Source of the DNA: a virus
DNA: 64,000 nt
Virus record (IMG/VR): IMGVR_UViG_3300027777_000023
Location: 125,603-189,602 of that record
Direction: 5' to 3' (one strand)
The stretch's first letter is position 1. Each line of letters starts with the position of its first letter. The notes beneath the pieces were generated by a model that did no database searches, was not told the DNA's origin, and worked only from the letters and a program-made list of their open reading frames with translations. Made by a program: the position numbers and the translations under genes. Shown here piece by piece: positions 11,034-19,120 of this stretch.

Positions 11034-12005
11034 TTAAAATAACTCGGATTCATCAAAACACTGCGATTTTTTAGAGTAACCAGTGTCCTTGCTGTGGAAA
11101 AAATCTGTCATATTGTTTCCTAATAGTTCTTCTGAAAACCACAGAGTATTTGAAATTAAATCTTTGTCTATCTCGAAAGGCTTTCTAAAGCCAATCTGAA
11201 CCATAGATTCGTTAATTCTATCTTTGATAAATTCTTTTAGAAGAGGTGCATTCAATCCAGGTTCTTGAATACCGTTGACCATCCAGTCAACAATCTTACT
11301 CTCGGATTCAAACGCCTCTTCTGCTTCTTTAAGGATACGTTCTTCAAGTTCACTGTCAAACAATTCAGGGTATTCTTCACGGATTGTATTAACAATCTTG
11401 ATGCCTACAAGAGCATGTATAGCTTCTTCATTGCGTGTGTACTTTACCTGCTGGTCAGTGTCTTTTAGTACGTTCTTAAACCTGGCGAACCAGTTGATTA
11501 CATAGAACTGACTGAATAAGGAGACGTTCTCTACAAACAGGGTAAATAGGATGAGCGCGTATAGGTATTGCTTCTTAGAGTCTTTGTAAAACCTGTGGGT
11601 ATACTTGCGCAGATACTTAACACGTCCTTGAATCCATTCGAGCTTTAGGTTTTCTTCAAACACAGACTCAAGACCTAAAACTGATATAAGTCGTTCATAC
11701 GCAGCATTATGTATGACTTCGACATTAGCCATTACATATCCAAGATCCTGCAATGAAGGATGTGGAAGGTTTTCTCCTAGTTTAGCCCAGAAGGTTTTTA
11801 CAGCCACTTCAATCTGTCCAATAGCTGATAATGTTCTTACAACGATCTCGCGTTCTTTGTCTGAGAGGTTTACCTTGAATTGCTGCACATCTGACTTGAA
11901 AGAGAACTCTTTGTCTGTCCAGAAGCCGTTGTGCATTGCTTCGATGAAGGAGTCTGTCCAGGGATATAGGTTTGGTTTGCGGGAAATTTGTTCTTCAAAA
12001 AGCAT
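11034..12005 (-). CDS. nrdB: Ribonucleotide reductase beta subunit
   Basis: GQIEVAVK, EVIHNAAY, LFVENVSLFSQF, NEEAIHA, TDFF and a C-terminal ...ELF. Confidence 0.96.
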   Translation of the reverse strand: MLFEEQISRKPNLYPWTDSFIEAMHNGFWTDKEFSFKSDVQQFKVNLSDKEREIVVRTLSAIGQIEVAVKTFWAKLGENLPHPSLQDLGYVMANVEVIHNAAYERLISVLGLESVFEENLKLEWIQGRVKYLRKYTHRFYKDSKKQYLYALILFTLFVENVSLFSQFYVINWFARFKNVLKDTDQQVKYTRNEEAIHALVGIKIVNTIREEYPELFDSELEERILKEAEEAFESESKIVDWMVNGIQEPGLNAPLLKEFIKDRINESMVQIGFRKPFEIDKDLISNTLWFSEELLGNNMTDFFHSKDTGYSKKSQCFDESELF

Positions 12006-12087
12006 AGTGTTTGGGTTGATGGTTGAGTGTTTATCCTAGCAAAAAACACCCATGTGATGACAGCAAATTAAGTTTTTTAAGGACGAT

Positions 12088-12543
12088 TTAAACCTTGCAT
12101 TGCTGGTGAACTCTTACATCCATATTCACTACCAATTGTCTTATAACTATACCCAGATCGCTTGCTTTTATTAGAGAGGAATTATCACGAAGATACACAT
12201 CACCGTAAATTATTTCTTTTACTCCATGCTGTGCAATTAGCTCTAGGCACTTCGAGCACGGCAGTAAAGTCACATAAAGGTAGTATGCGTCTCCAGGTGT
12301 TGCATATTTGAGACAGTTCTCTTCTGCGTGTATTACAAAAGGTCTTCTAGCGTCTCTATCTGTCCAGTCTATCTCAACACCAGCAGGGGCGCCATTATAG
12401 CCTGTACTCGCCACAGAACGATCTTTTCTGAGTGCAGCTGCGCCTACAGCTACAAAGGGGTCTGGAGAGCGTGTGGCAGCTGTGTGAGCCAACAGCATAC
12501 CATAAGTGTCCCAATCGGGACGGATTCTTTCTGTAGAATTCAT
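12088..12543 (-). CDS. dCMP deaminase
   Basis: RSPDPFVAVGA, TGYNG, HAEEN, PCSKC (HxE...PCxxC). Confidence 0.92.
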   Translation of the reverse strand: MNSTERIRPDWDTYGMLLAHTAATRSPDPFVAVGAAALRKDRSVASTGYNGAPAGVEIDWTDRDARRPFVIHAEENCLKYATPGDAYYLYVTLLPCSKCLELIAQHGVKEIIYGDVYLRDNSSLIKASDLGIVIRQLVVNMDVRVHQQCKV

Positions 12544-12548
12544 TCGTG

Positions 12549-12737
12549 CTAGGTTAGCACGTTATACGCCGCACGACAAAGATTCTTTAGCATGTGTTCA
12601 ACTTCTTCGTCACCGATCTTTTCAAAATTACGAAAAGTAGTTTTTTCTCCATCGAAGTCTGATGTAAGTACACATACCCCATCATAAACAATAGTTATTT
12701 GATCTGTGTCAGTATTATAGTCAAACTCGAATGTCAT
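12549..12737 (-). CDS. Small hypothetical protein
   Basis: 62-aa acidic ORF in the operon upstream of the deaminase. Confidence 0.5.
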   Translation of the reverse strand: MTFEFDYNTDTDQITIVYDGVCVLTSDFDGEKTTFRNFEKIGDEEVEHMLKNLCRAAYNVLT

Positions 12738-12746
12738 CTCTTAATG

Positions 12747-12775
12747 TTGTATTTCTACCAATTCTTCATTAATAT
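12747..12775 (+). promoter_or_regulatory. sigma70-like promoter, likely leaderless
   Basis: TTGTAT-N17-TAATAT; ATG 8 nt downstream. Confidence 0.55.
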
Positions 12776-12782
12776 AGCTGAT

Positions 12783-13475
12783 ATGAGCCTAAGTAAACAA
12801 GAAAAAATAACTAAATTAAAAGAATATTTGCGAAACATGAAGTTGGACGCAGGTGTGATGGGTAGAACTATGGGCACGCAAAGTTCGTTTGTTACTCCGC
12901 AAATCATGCTGGATGCCTCTAAAAAATTGCTTAATGTGTTCAGCCGCAAAGAGGCTCCAGATGATCGGGATAATGTGGTGTTTTCTAAATTTCTTGGACC
13001 TGAGGATTATCTTAAAGAACATATCGAACACGACGCAGGTAAGGTACAATTCAAAGCTAAAAGTAAACTAAGGCAGAAACGTAATCTTAGCTGGTTGCAT
13101 GCCGGGTTCTTTACACCTCAAGTTAAAAGTGTGTTTGTTGGTAATAGCCTTGCCCAAAACATCGAAGGCGTTAATCCTATGGAGCAGTATATGCTGGCCC
13201 ATAAAGTAACGAAAATGGGTATGGGAGGGATTGGAAGCACCGAAGCTATCCCAGACAGTTCTCGAGAAGTTAACGAGAGTCAGTTTGGTTTGCTGGATCC
13301 TATCCAAACAGTAGAGGCGACTACTATCGGTGTGGTGAACTTCTTTGTGCACAATATCCGTAAAGGTGCTGACGGTAAACTGTATAGGGAGGTAATTGAC
13401 AACAGTACAGGGAAGCACGTATGGATCGACCATCAAGAGTTTTTAAGCTCTACGATTGACGTACCTGAGCACTAA
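12783..13475 (+). CDS. rpoB: Split RNA polymerase beta subunit, middle (Rif-pocket/fork loop) fragment
   Basis: DRDNVVFSKF ~ DIDHLGNRR; GNSLAQNIEGVNP ~ SSQLSQFMDQNNP; REVNESQFGLLDPIQTVEATTIGVVN ~ [26 protein letters not shown]. Confidence 0.88.
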   Translation: MSLSKQEKITKLKEYLRNMKLDAGVMGRTMGTQSSFVTPQIMLDASKKLLNVFSRKEAPDDRDNVVFSKFLGPEDYLKEHIEHDAGKVQFKAKSKLRQKRNLSWLHAGFFTPQVKSVFVGNSLAQNIEGVNPMEQYMLAHKVTKMGMGGIGSTEAIPDSSREVNESQFGLLDPIQTVEATTIGVVNFFVHNIRKGADGKLYREVIDNSTGKHVWIDHQEFLSSTIDVPEH

Positions 13476-13945
13476 CGTTGAATTGATGGGTCTAATAAAC
13501 CCTGCACCCAAATGCGTTCTGATTCTTCAGCACCAGGTACACGGTTTTCGTAATATAATATACAGTAAACTTTTCTTGTTCCATTATTAGTTACCGTAAA
13601 ACCTCCATCATATTTTTCTAGAGCAAATAGCCCGTTGGATGTAACGTACTGTAAGCCTATTTTAAAGACTACTCCGTATGAACAATCGGGTATATCAATA
13701 TTAAATTTTTCCTTAAAAGTGCAGGCGTCCATAGAATAATTGCCGCGCGGCACGCCACCAAAAATTGTAATATTGTCCCTCGCGGGAACATCTTCCGCCA
13801 AAGCTGCTGCTGTCAGATAACTTTCGGTACTTGGATCATAGGTCTGTAATAGAAACGTGTATACCTCCTCTTCTTCAAGGTGACCATAAATCGTGCTGAT
13901 ATCTATAGATATAGATCCACCGCAGTCGCCAAATAGTACAATCAT
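13472..13945 (-). CDS. Hypothetical protein
   Basis: 157-aa ORF directly downstream of the Cys-rich gene. Confidence 0.65.
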   Translation of the reverse strand: MIVLFGDCGGSISIDISTIYGHLEEEEVYTFLLQTYDPSTESYLTAAALAEDVPARDNITIFGGVPRGNYSMDACTFKEKFNIDIPDCSYGVVFKIGLQYVTSNGLFALEKYDGGFTVTNNGTRKVYCILYYENRVPGAEESERIWVQGLLDPSIQR

Positions 13946-13949
13946 AAAA

Positions 13950-16295
13950 TTATTCTGGCTCAGTCATTAGTACGTAAGCAGTCTTTTGTGTGCCGTCAAC
14001 ACACACGCTGATCTGCTGGAAAGAAACTTGCTTGCCTTGCGGAGGCGTCAAATCAGCGTAGCCTCCGTCCGATGTTGTGATGGTTACATTTTCGCCGTCC
14101 ATTTTTACAGAAAATCCTGACGGTGATGTTACCTCCATTGTACCATTACTGCCATCCAGATTGACATAACCGCCACCTGCACCGGTTGCATTAATTTCTC
14201 CTCGTTCAGCATCCAGTGTCACTACGTTCCCGCCAGTATTAGTTACAGTGATCTTGCCGTTTTCCGCATCCAGCAGTATGGTATTGTTTGCATCTGCTAT
14301 TGTCAACCTAGGTCCAGTGGCGTCGTAGTGAAATTTGTTATAACCGTTAGCTGTCTCAAATATTATATCCTTGGTGTTGATATCTGCACGAAAATACGTA
14401 CCATCCCCATATCCTTCCGTCTCGTTTAACTGAATTGCACCGCATTCTACTGTTGAAGAATTGTTGTAATCATCACTCAAGTGAACTTTTTCAGGTCTCA
14501 AATACAATTTACAGGTGTCGTCGTTAGCCTGTATGCCGGCATCAGGCGTTATTAAAAGTCCATAGCTGGTGACCTGCATCATGACTGTGTAATCGGTCTC
14601 ACTGCAGCCAGTAGGCAGAATACTATCTGTGTATATAGTATGCATGCGCATCTTTTTCTCACACATATGTATATACGGAGGGCATCGTATGTTTTCGCAG
14701 CAAGGCCGTGGCGGAATTTCGATCATATCCACAAACAACGATTTAAGTGTTAGCGATCCACATCCAACACCTCCACCTCCACCTCCACCACCACCACCTC
14801 CACCTCCACCACCACCGCCAGATACCAGCGAAAGCACACCACCACTTAAACTTAATTGGAGTCCTCCATCAATATTTACTACACTCGTACTTACAGCACT
14901 CACAGCGCATCCCACGCTGCCCAGATCAAAGTTCATATCATCGAGCTTTATCTTGAGTGACTGGCTACATGCTCCGTCTGACCTAGGGGCACCACCACCA
15001 CTAAAACTAACTGTACCTCCAAGCGCCTGAGACTGTCCTCTGTTATTTAGCTTAACTGTAACTGTCCCCGGGTCCAATTCAGCAGACATACCCATAGAAC
15101 CACAACCAGAAAAGTCTGCACCGCCAGATAATTCAATTCCACATAAAGCGCCATCGCTATTTGCTTTTGCAGAAAGCTTTAGATTATTTTTTTTAACGAT
15201 AGGTCCAGTAAGATTAACTCCACCTGTTACCTCGATACCGGAGCAGCCTGAAAACTCCAGATCTCCACCAAGCGAAAGACCGCAACCACTACTTACAGGC
15301 GTTAACTGTAAGGTGTTCTTTTTTACAATATTTCCTCTTATATTTAAACTGTTGTTGGCTGTTACTTCCTGACAACCATTTATCTCCCAATCTCCGTCAA
15401 TACTAAATCCGCAGTTTGGTGTAGTGTTGACGTTTATTGTTTGAGAAGATTTTTTAACTGCTGTGCCGTGTATGTTTAAATTTGCTGCCGCCGTGAAACT
15501 GGCGCAAGCATCGATATCCAGCAAGCCCTGGATGGATAGTGCGCAGTCTGGTGTAGAGTTTGGCGTAACCTTCCAGTCACTTTTTTTAATGCTTTGTCCC
15601 TGTGTTGTGACAGAGATCTTGGCATCAAAACTTTCACATGCGTCAAATTTTTGAAGTGCAATGAGTCCGCCTAGTGTGATTCCGCAATCTGGTGCCGATG
15701 TGGACCTAAGCGTTATATTAGAGGCCGAGCTTATACCCTCACCAAACACTATATTTGAGACTGCTGAAAATGTCTCACAGGCATCCACATTAATATTACC
15801 TATCAGCACAGTTCCACAGTCAGGAGCACTCGACGGTGTCAAGGTTAATGAACCTTCAGCCGCACCATTAAAAGTTACAGTGCTGGAACTTGTGAAGGTC
15901 TCACATGCATTAACCGCCAATAATCCGGACAATGTGATGCCGCAGTCACCTAGACCTGAATCTCCGGTCGTGGGACCTTTAGGAGATAGCACCAAATAAC
16001 TATTTTTAGTGGCGTTTGTTGTCTGTATGTTTACATCGGCCGAAAGATGCTCGCACGCCAAAAATTTAAGGTTGGGTGGATTGTATACCGGAGGTAATGG
16101 TATTACATCAGGAAAAGAAACGCTGCATGCCTCAAGCAAAGGCAACAAAGGTTTGACAGGTATGCTTAAAGTTGACGGTGGAGGTAAAGCACAACTAGCT
16201 GGTTGGTCAGCAGGAAGTACAGGAACATACTCAGCAGAAAATTCGGAACTATCACCACCCAGGTGTATTGTAGTTGGGTCTATTTTTGGCGCCAT
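13950..16295 (-). CDS. Cys-rich repeat protein, putative tail fibre/spike or receptor-binding protein
   Basis: About 8 repeats of ~40 aa with paired Cys (DCGITLSG...DACETF), a 17-Gly linker, and a beta-helix-like C-terminus ending FQQISVCVDGTQKTAYVLMTEP. Confidence 0.55.
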   Translation of the reverse strand: MAPKIDPTTIHLGGDSSEFSAEYVPVLPADQPASCALPPPSTLSIPVKPLLPLLEACSVSFPDVIPLPPVYNPPNLKFLACEHLSADVNIQTTNATKNSYLVLSPKGPTTGDSGLGDCGITLSGLLAVNACETFTSSSTVTFNGAAEGSLTLTPSSAPDCGTVLIGNINVDACETFSAVSNIVFGEGISSASNITLRSTSAPDCGITLGGLIALQKFDACESFDAKISVTTQGQSIKKSDWKVTPNSTPDCALSIQGLLDIDACASFTAAANLNIHGTAVKKSSQTINVNTTPNCGFSIDGDWEINGCQEVTANNSLNIRGNIVKKNTLQLTPVSSGCGLSLGGDLEFSGCSGIEVTGGVNLTGPIVKKNNLKLSAKANSDGALCGIELSGGADFSGCGSMGMSAELDPGTVTVKLNNRGQSQALGGTVSFSGGGAPRSDGACSQSLKIKLDDMNFDLGSVGCAVSAVSTSVVNIDGGLQLSLSGGVLSLVSGGGGGGGGGGGGGGGGGVGCGSLTLKSLFVDMIEIPPRPCCENIRCPPYIHMCEKKMRMHTIYTDSILPTGCSETDYTVMMQVTSYGLLITPDAGIQANDDTCKLYLRPEKVHLSDDYNNSSTVECGAIQLNETEGYGDGTYFRADINTKDIIFETANGYNKFHYDATGPRLTIADANNTILLDAENGKITVTNTGGNVVTLDAERGEINATGAGGGYVNLDGSNGTMEVTSPSGFSVKMDGENVTITTSDGGYADLTPPQGKQVSFQQISVCVDGTQKTAYVLMTEPE

Positions 16296-16639
16296 TAAAG
16301 CATTCTATTAAATACCAGATAGAAAAACAATATCAAAGGTGCAGACACCAATGCGACAACCAATTGAGGAGCCACACACAGACCCGCAACTAATCCTAAC
16401 CAAAAGCTCAAACAAACAGGACAACAAATTAACCTAACAAAAAAACTATCTCGATAGTATTCATACAAAAAATCTGTATAGGTGCCAGCATATCCCTCAC
16501 CGTGCAGCTTATTGTACTCTGATATGTGTAGAATGCGTGACATACCACACAAAGTTATATATTCTGTAAACGCATTAGTGCGCAACCACACCAACAAAAA
16601 ATAACCTAGAGCAAGGGATATGCAGACGAGCTCAAACAT
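16295..16639 (-). CDS. Membrane protein, DUF1360-like
   Basis: RLICCPVCLSFWLG resembles the DUF1360 CPxCLSxW motif; 3 hydrophobic segments. The start is moved to the ATG at 16639, which removes the overlap. Confidence 0.55.
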   Translation of the reverse strand: MFELVCISLALGYFLLVWLRTNAFTEYITLCGMSRILHISEYNKLHGEGYAGTYTDFLYEYYRDSFFVRLICCPVCLSFWLGLVAGLCVAPQLVVALVSAPLILFFYLVFNRML

Positions 16640-16640
16640 A

Positions 16641-16901
16641 TTAAACCTGTGATTGTTCGTTAGTGTTTTCCATTTCAGTAATTCGCTTTTCAAGCTCAAC
16701 CAATAAGTTTCGTTGAGCAATGGTGGCAATACGCATGTTTTGTAGGTTGTTGACCTGCTCACTAAATTTGCGAATATTTTCTTCCTGCTCTTTCAGGTTG
16801 GTTTCAGCCTGGCGAAGACCGTCAGCGATTAAAAGCAAGGATACATGCTTAGACTCAGTTTCGGTTTCGGTCACAATGGGTAATTCTACTCGTTCACTCA
16901 T
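16641..16901 (-). CDS. Coiled-coil hypothetical protein
   Basis: Heptad-rich 86-aa ORF. Confidence 0.7.
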   Translation of the reverse strand: MSERVELPIVTETETESKHVSLLLIADGLRQAETNLKEQEENIRKFSEQVNNLQNMRIATIAQRNLLVELEKRITEMENTNEQSQV

Positions 16902-16919
16902 AATTTTATCGGTTTAGTT

Positions 16920-17078
16920 TTATTCTAGTGCGTCGTTTTCGGTTAGCAAATCTTTTATCTCGGCCTGGATTCTTTTTACTTCTTCGTTATGGGCTTTGAC
17001 AGTATCCCGTTTGTTCTTCTTGGCAATTTCAAGTTCAACCACAAGGTTGTAGATTTTTTCTTCTTTAGTTGTTTCCAT
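16920..17078 (-). CDS. Small coiled-coil protein (52 aa, not in the ORF track)
   Basis: METTKEEKIYNLVVELEIAKKNKRDTVKAHNEEVKRIQAEIKDLLTENDALE*; upstream TTGCGT-N16-TATAGT. Confidence 0.65.
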   Translation of the reverse strand: METTKEEKIYNLVVELEIAKKNKRDTVKAHNEEVKRIQAEIKDLLTENDALE

Positions 17079-17170
17079 GTTTACTGCGCTAAGTTGTTCT
17101 TGTTGATCGGTTGAGTACCTAGCGTTATATCACTATAACATTTCTAAAAAGGTACGCAACAATTTTTAAC

Positions 17171-17206
17171 AAAAAAAGAGGTGCGACGAATAAACATCGC
17201 ACCTCT
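17171..17206 (-). terminator. Intrinsic terminator (minus strand)
   Basis: AGAGGTGCGA-N10-TCGCACCTCT stem with a left A7 tract. Confidence 0.8.
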
Positions 17207-17235
17207 CTTATAACTAGACTGATTTAACCTGATGG

Positions 17236-17904
17236 TTAGGATTGCAACGCAGCCAACTGCGCGGTGGTCAACGCCGCACGCTGAGTGGTCGTCAAGGCCG
17301 CCACCTGAGTGGTCGACAATGCAAAGAGCTGTGCCGTAGCAAGGACGCTGAGATCGCTTGTTGTGATAGCTGCAACTTCTGCGGTGCTGAATGCTGCGAT
17401 TGTGCTGGTAGCAAGCGCGACGGCCTGCGTTGTTGTGATCGTGGTGACGTTTTGTTTAGCTACCTGCACTTCTGCATCAGCAGCTGCTACTGTGGAGGAT
17501 GCGAGTACAACTGTGAACAGTTCTCCTTCGCCAGAGTTATCTCCAGTGGTGGAACCTACACGACCTGTGCCGCGCACGTATTCAATAATATAGCTAAGTT
17601 CTACCGTACCAGTGACACCGGTAGGAATTTTTAGCGTGAACGGACTGTTCTTGTCAGAGCCAGGATATACATCAAGAACCGCAGGAGCTTGAGGATCGTG
17701 GGCGACTACAGTTGCACGAATAATGCTCTTGGAAGGAACGTCGCTGAACACGATGGAATCTCCCAACGCATAGTCTGTGGGAGAGATAACTCCATAGGAT
17801 ACCTGAAGCTTTTCATAACGCGAACTCAATAGTCCGCTAATGTCATAGCCGCCGTTTGTGCGGTCCGTATCTACTGCTACTTTTTTTACTTTAATTGTTG
17901 CCAT
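17236..17904 (-). CDS. Probable virion decoration/fibre protein with C-terminal LTTxQxAA repeats
   Basis: Beta-rich N-domain followed by 8-aa repeats (LSTTQVAA LTTTQRAA LTTAQLAA); has its own long leader and terminator. Confidence 0.5.
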   Translation of the reverse strand: MATIKVKKVAVDTDRTNGGYDISGLLSSRYEKLQVSYGVISPTDYALGDSIVFSDVPSKSIIRATVVAHDPQAPAVLDVYPGSDKNSPFTLKIPTGVTGTVELSYIIEYVRGTGRVGSTTGDNSGEGELFTVVLASSTVAAADAEVQVAKQNVTTITTTQAVALATSTIAAFSTAEVAAITTSDLSVLATAQLFALSTTQVAALTTTQRAALTTAQLAALQS

Positions 17905-18015
17905 AATAATTTTCTATTTTTTGTTTGTTGTTTACTGCATATAGCAATAGGCACCCAAGCCGCAACAGGAACTTTTGGTAAATTCCCAGAGGATCGTTGA
18001 TCTACTCCATCGCTA
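17905..18015 (-). promoter_or_regulatory. Structured 5' leader with A/C-rich translation enhancer
   Basis: Closing stem TAGCGAT/ATTGCTA encloses hairpins GGAG..GATC-AAC-GATC..CTCT and GGGAATT-N7-AGTTCCT; the 3' part is shared with leader 49866-49975. Confidence 0.4.
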
Positions 18016-18055
18016 CGTTAATTATTGTCTATAGTTCTAGGTTAGGCAAGACAAA

Positions 18056-18460
18056 TTATATCCATTCTGGGAAAGATACTCGATTTGGTCTGGGCTCAAG
18101 CCGATAGTCAATAAATAGCTCTTCATCTTTTCTTATATCTCTGTTAGCGATTATCTTATGCATTGTTAGCTTCCAATCGCAGTTGGGTTCTCTTGAGTGG
18201 TTGATATAGCTGAACTTGCTATACTTATCGCTAGTGATGCACTCTTCATCATTCAGCATCACGTACGGATTTTTACGAATTTGCTCCTCAGTCAAATCAA
18301 CATATCTTGTTTTGTACCAATCTTTTGGAAACATTCTGTAGTCTATCACTAGATCATCTTTGCTTATGTCTTTTGCAGCAAATAAACCAAACCCAGCCAC
18401 AGGGCTATGTTTCACATAGGTGAAAGGTGCATCATCGTTGTCTATGATTATCTCGTTCAT
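18056..18460 (-). CDS. SET-domain protein-lysine methyltransferase
   Basis: HSPVAGFGLFAAKDI, YINHSREPNC and RDIRKDEELFIDY are SET signature motifs I, III and IV. Confidence 0.9.
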   Translation of the reverse strand: MNEIIIDNDDAPFTYVKHSPVAGFGLFAAKDISKDDLVIDYRMFPKDWYKTRYVDLTEEQIRKNPYVMLNDEECITSDKYSKFSYINHSREPNCDWKLTMHKIIANRDIRKDEELFIDYRLEPRPNRVSFPEWI

Positions 18461-19119
18461 TAGTCTTTAATTAGTAGGCTATAGAGTTTGTCTATCTCGT
18501 CTCCTTTATACTGCACACGATTAGCGTTGTAGATTTGCTCTCCCCATGCAGCTTTAATTGCTCCGTCAGAGATGCCTAGATCATGAAGGATGCCGTACAA
18601 TTTAACCTGAGAATTTCTAATCATTAAGATAAACAACTGTTTGTCAGGAAGAAACAAAATACGACCACTCTGACCTGTACGAGCCTCAGGATTGATATGT
18701 GCTTCAGGGATACCGTCTTGACGAATCCTTGAGTATATTCCAGGAAGAAGTCTTTGCTGATTTACGCTTTCGTATTCTGAGCCATTATAAATAACAGTAT
18801 TATGATTAGTAACATATGGTATGTGAGCTATAGTGGTGCTCTTACTTTCCAGAACTTTACCAGAATTTTTGTGTACCAGGTCTATGGTTCCTTTCAAAGC
18901 TACCGTGAGATCCTTTTTATCTAGTACAGCTTGTTTCTGGTGTGTGGTCGTGATATGAGGCAAATCCATCTTCAGATCTCGTACCTGAAGCTTGTGGTCC
19001 GTTGTTTCGATAGCGTTTATTTTTTTACCGAACGCAGCGACTGCTGTATCAAACAGCATATGCCTCAACTTCTCAGGATCGAAAAACGATCTTGTATTTT
19101 CTGGAGGTTTGCTTTGCAT
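18460..19119 (-). CDS. rpoB: Split RNA polymerase beta subunit, N-terminal fragment
   Basis: IAHIPYVTNHNTVIYNGSEYESVNQQRLLPGIY ~ [33 protein letters not shown]. Confidence 0.85.
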   Translation of the reverse strand: MQSKPPENTRSFFDPEKLRHMLFDTAVAAFGKKINAIETTDHKLQVRDLKMDLPHITTTHQKQAVLDKKDLTVALKGTIDLVHKNSGKVLESKSTTIAHIPYVTNHNTVIYNGSEYESVNQQRLLPGIYSRIRQDGIPEAHINPEARTGQSGRILFLPDKQLFILMIRNSQVKLYGILHDLGISDGAIKAAWGEQIYNANRVQYKGDEIDKLYSLLIKD

Positions 19120-19120
19120 T

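Noticed and set aside
8687-12005. Introns or inteins in nrdA/nrdB
   Set aside because: Both ORFs are continuous and of normal length with all motifs present.
17942-18015. 74-nt cloverleaf-like fold as a tRNA
   Set aside because: It lacks a TTCRA T-loop, U33 and a canonical D-loop. It is kept only as a candidate cis-regulatory leader.
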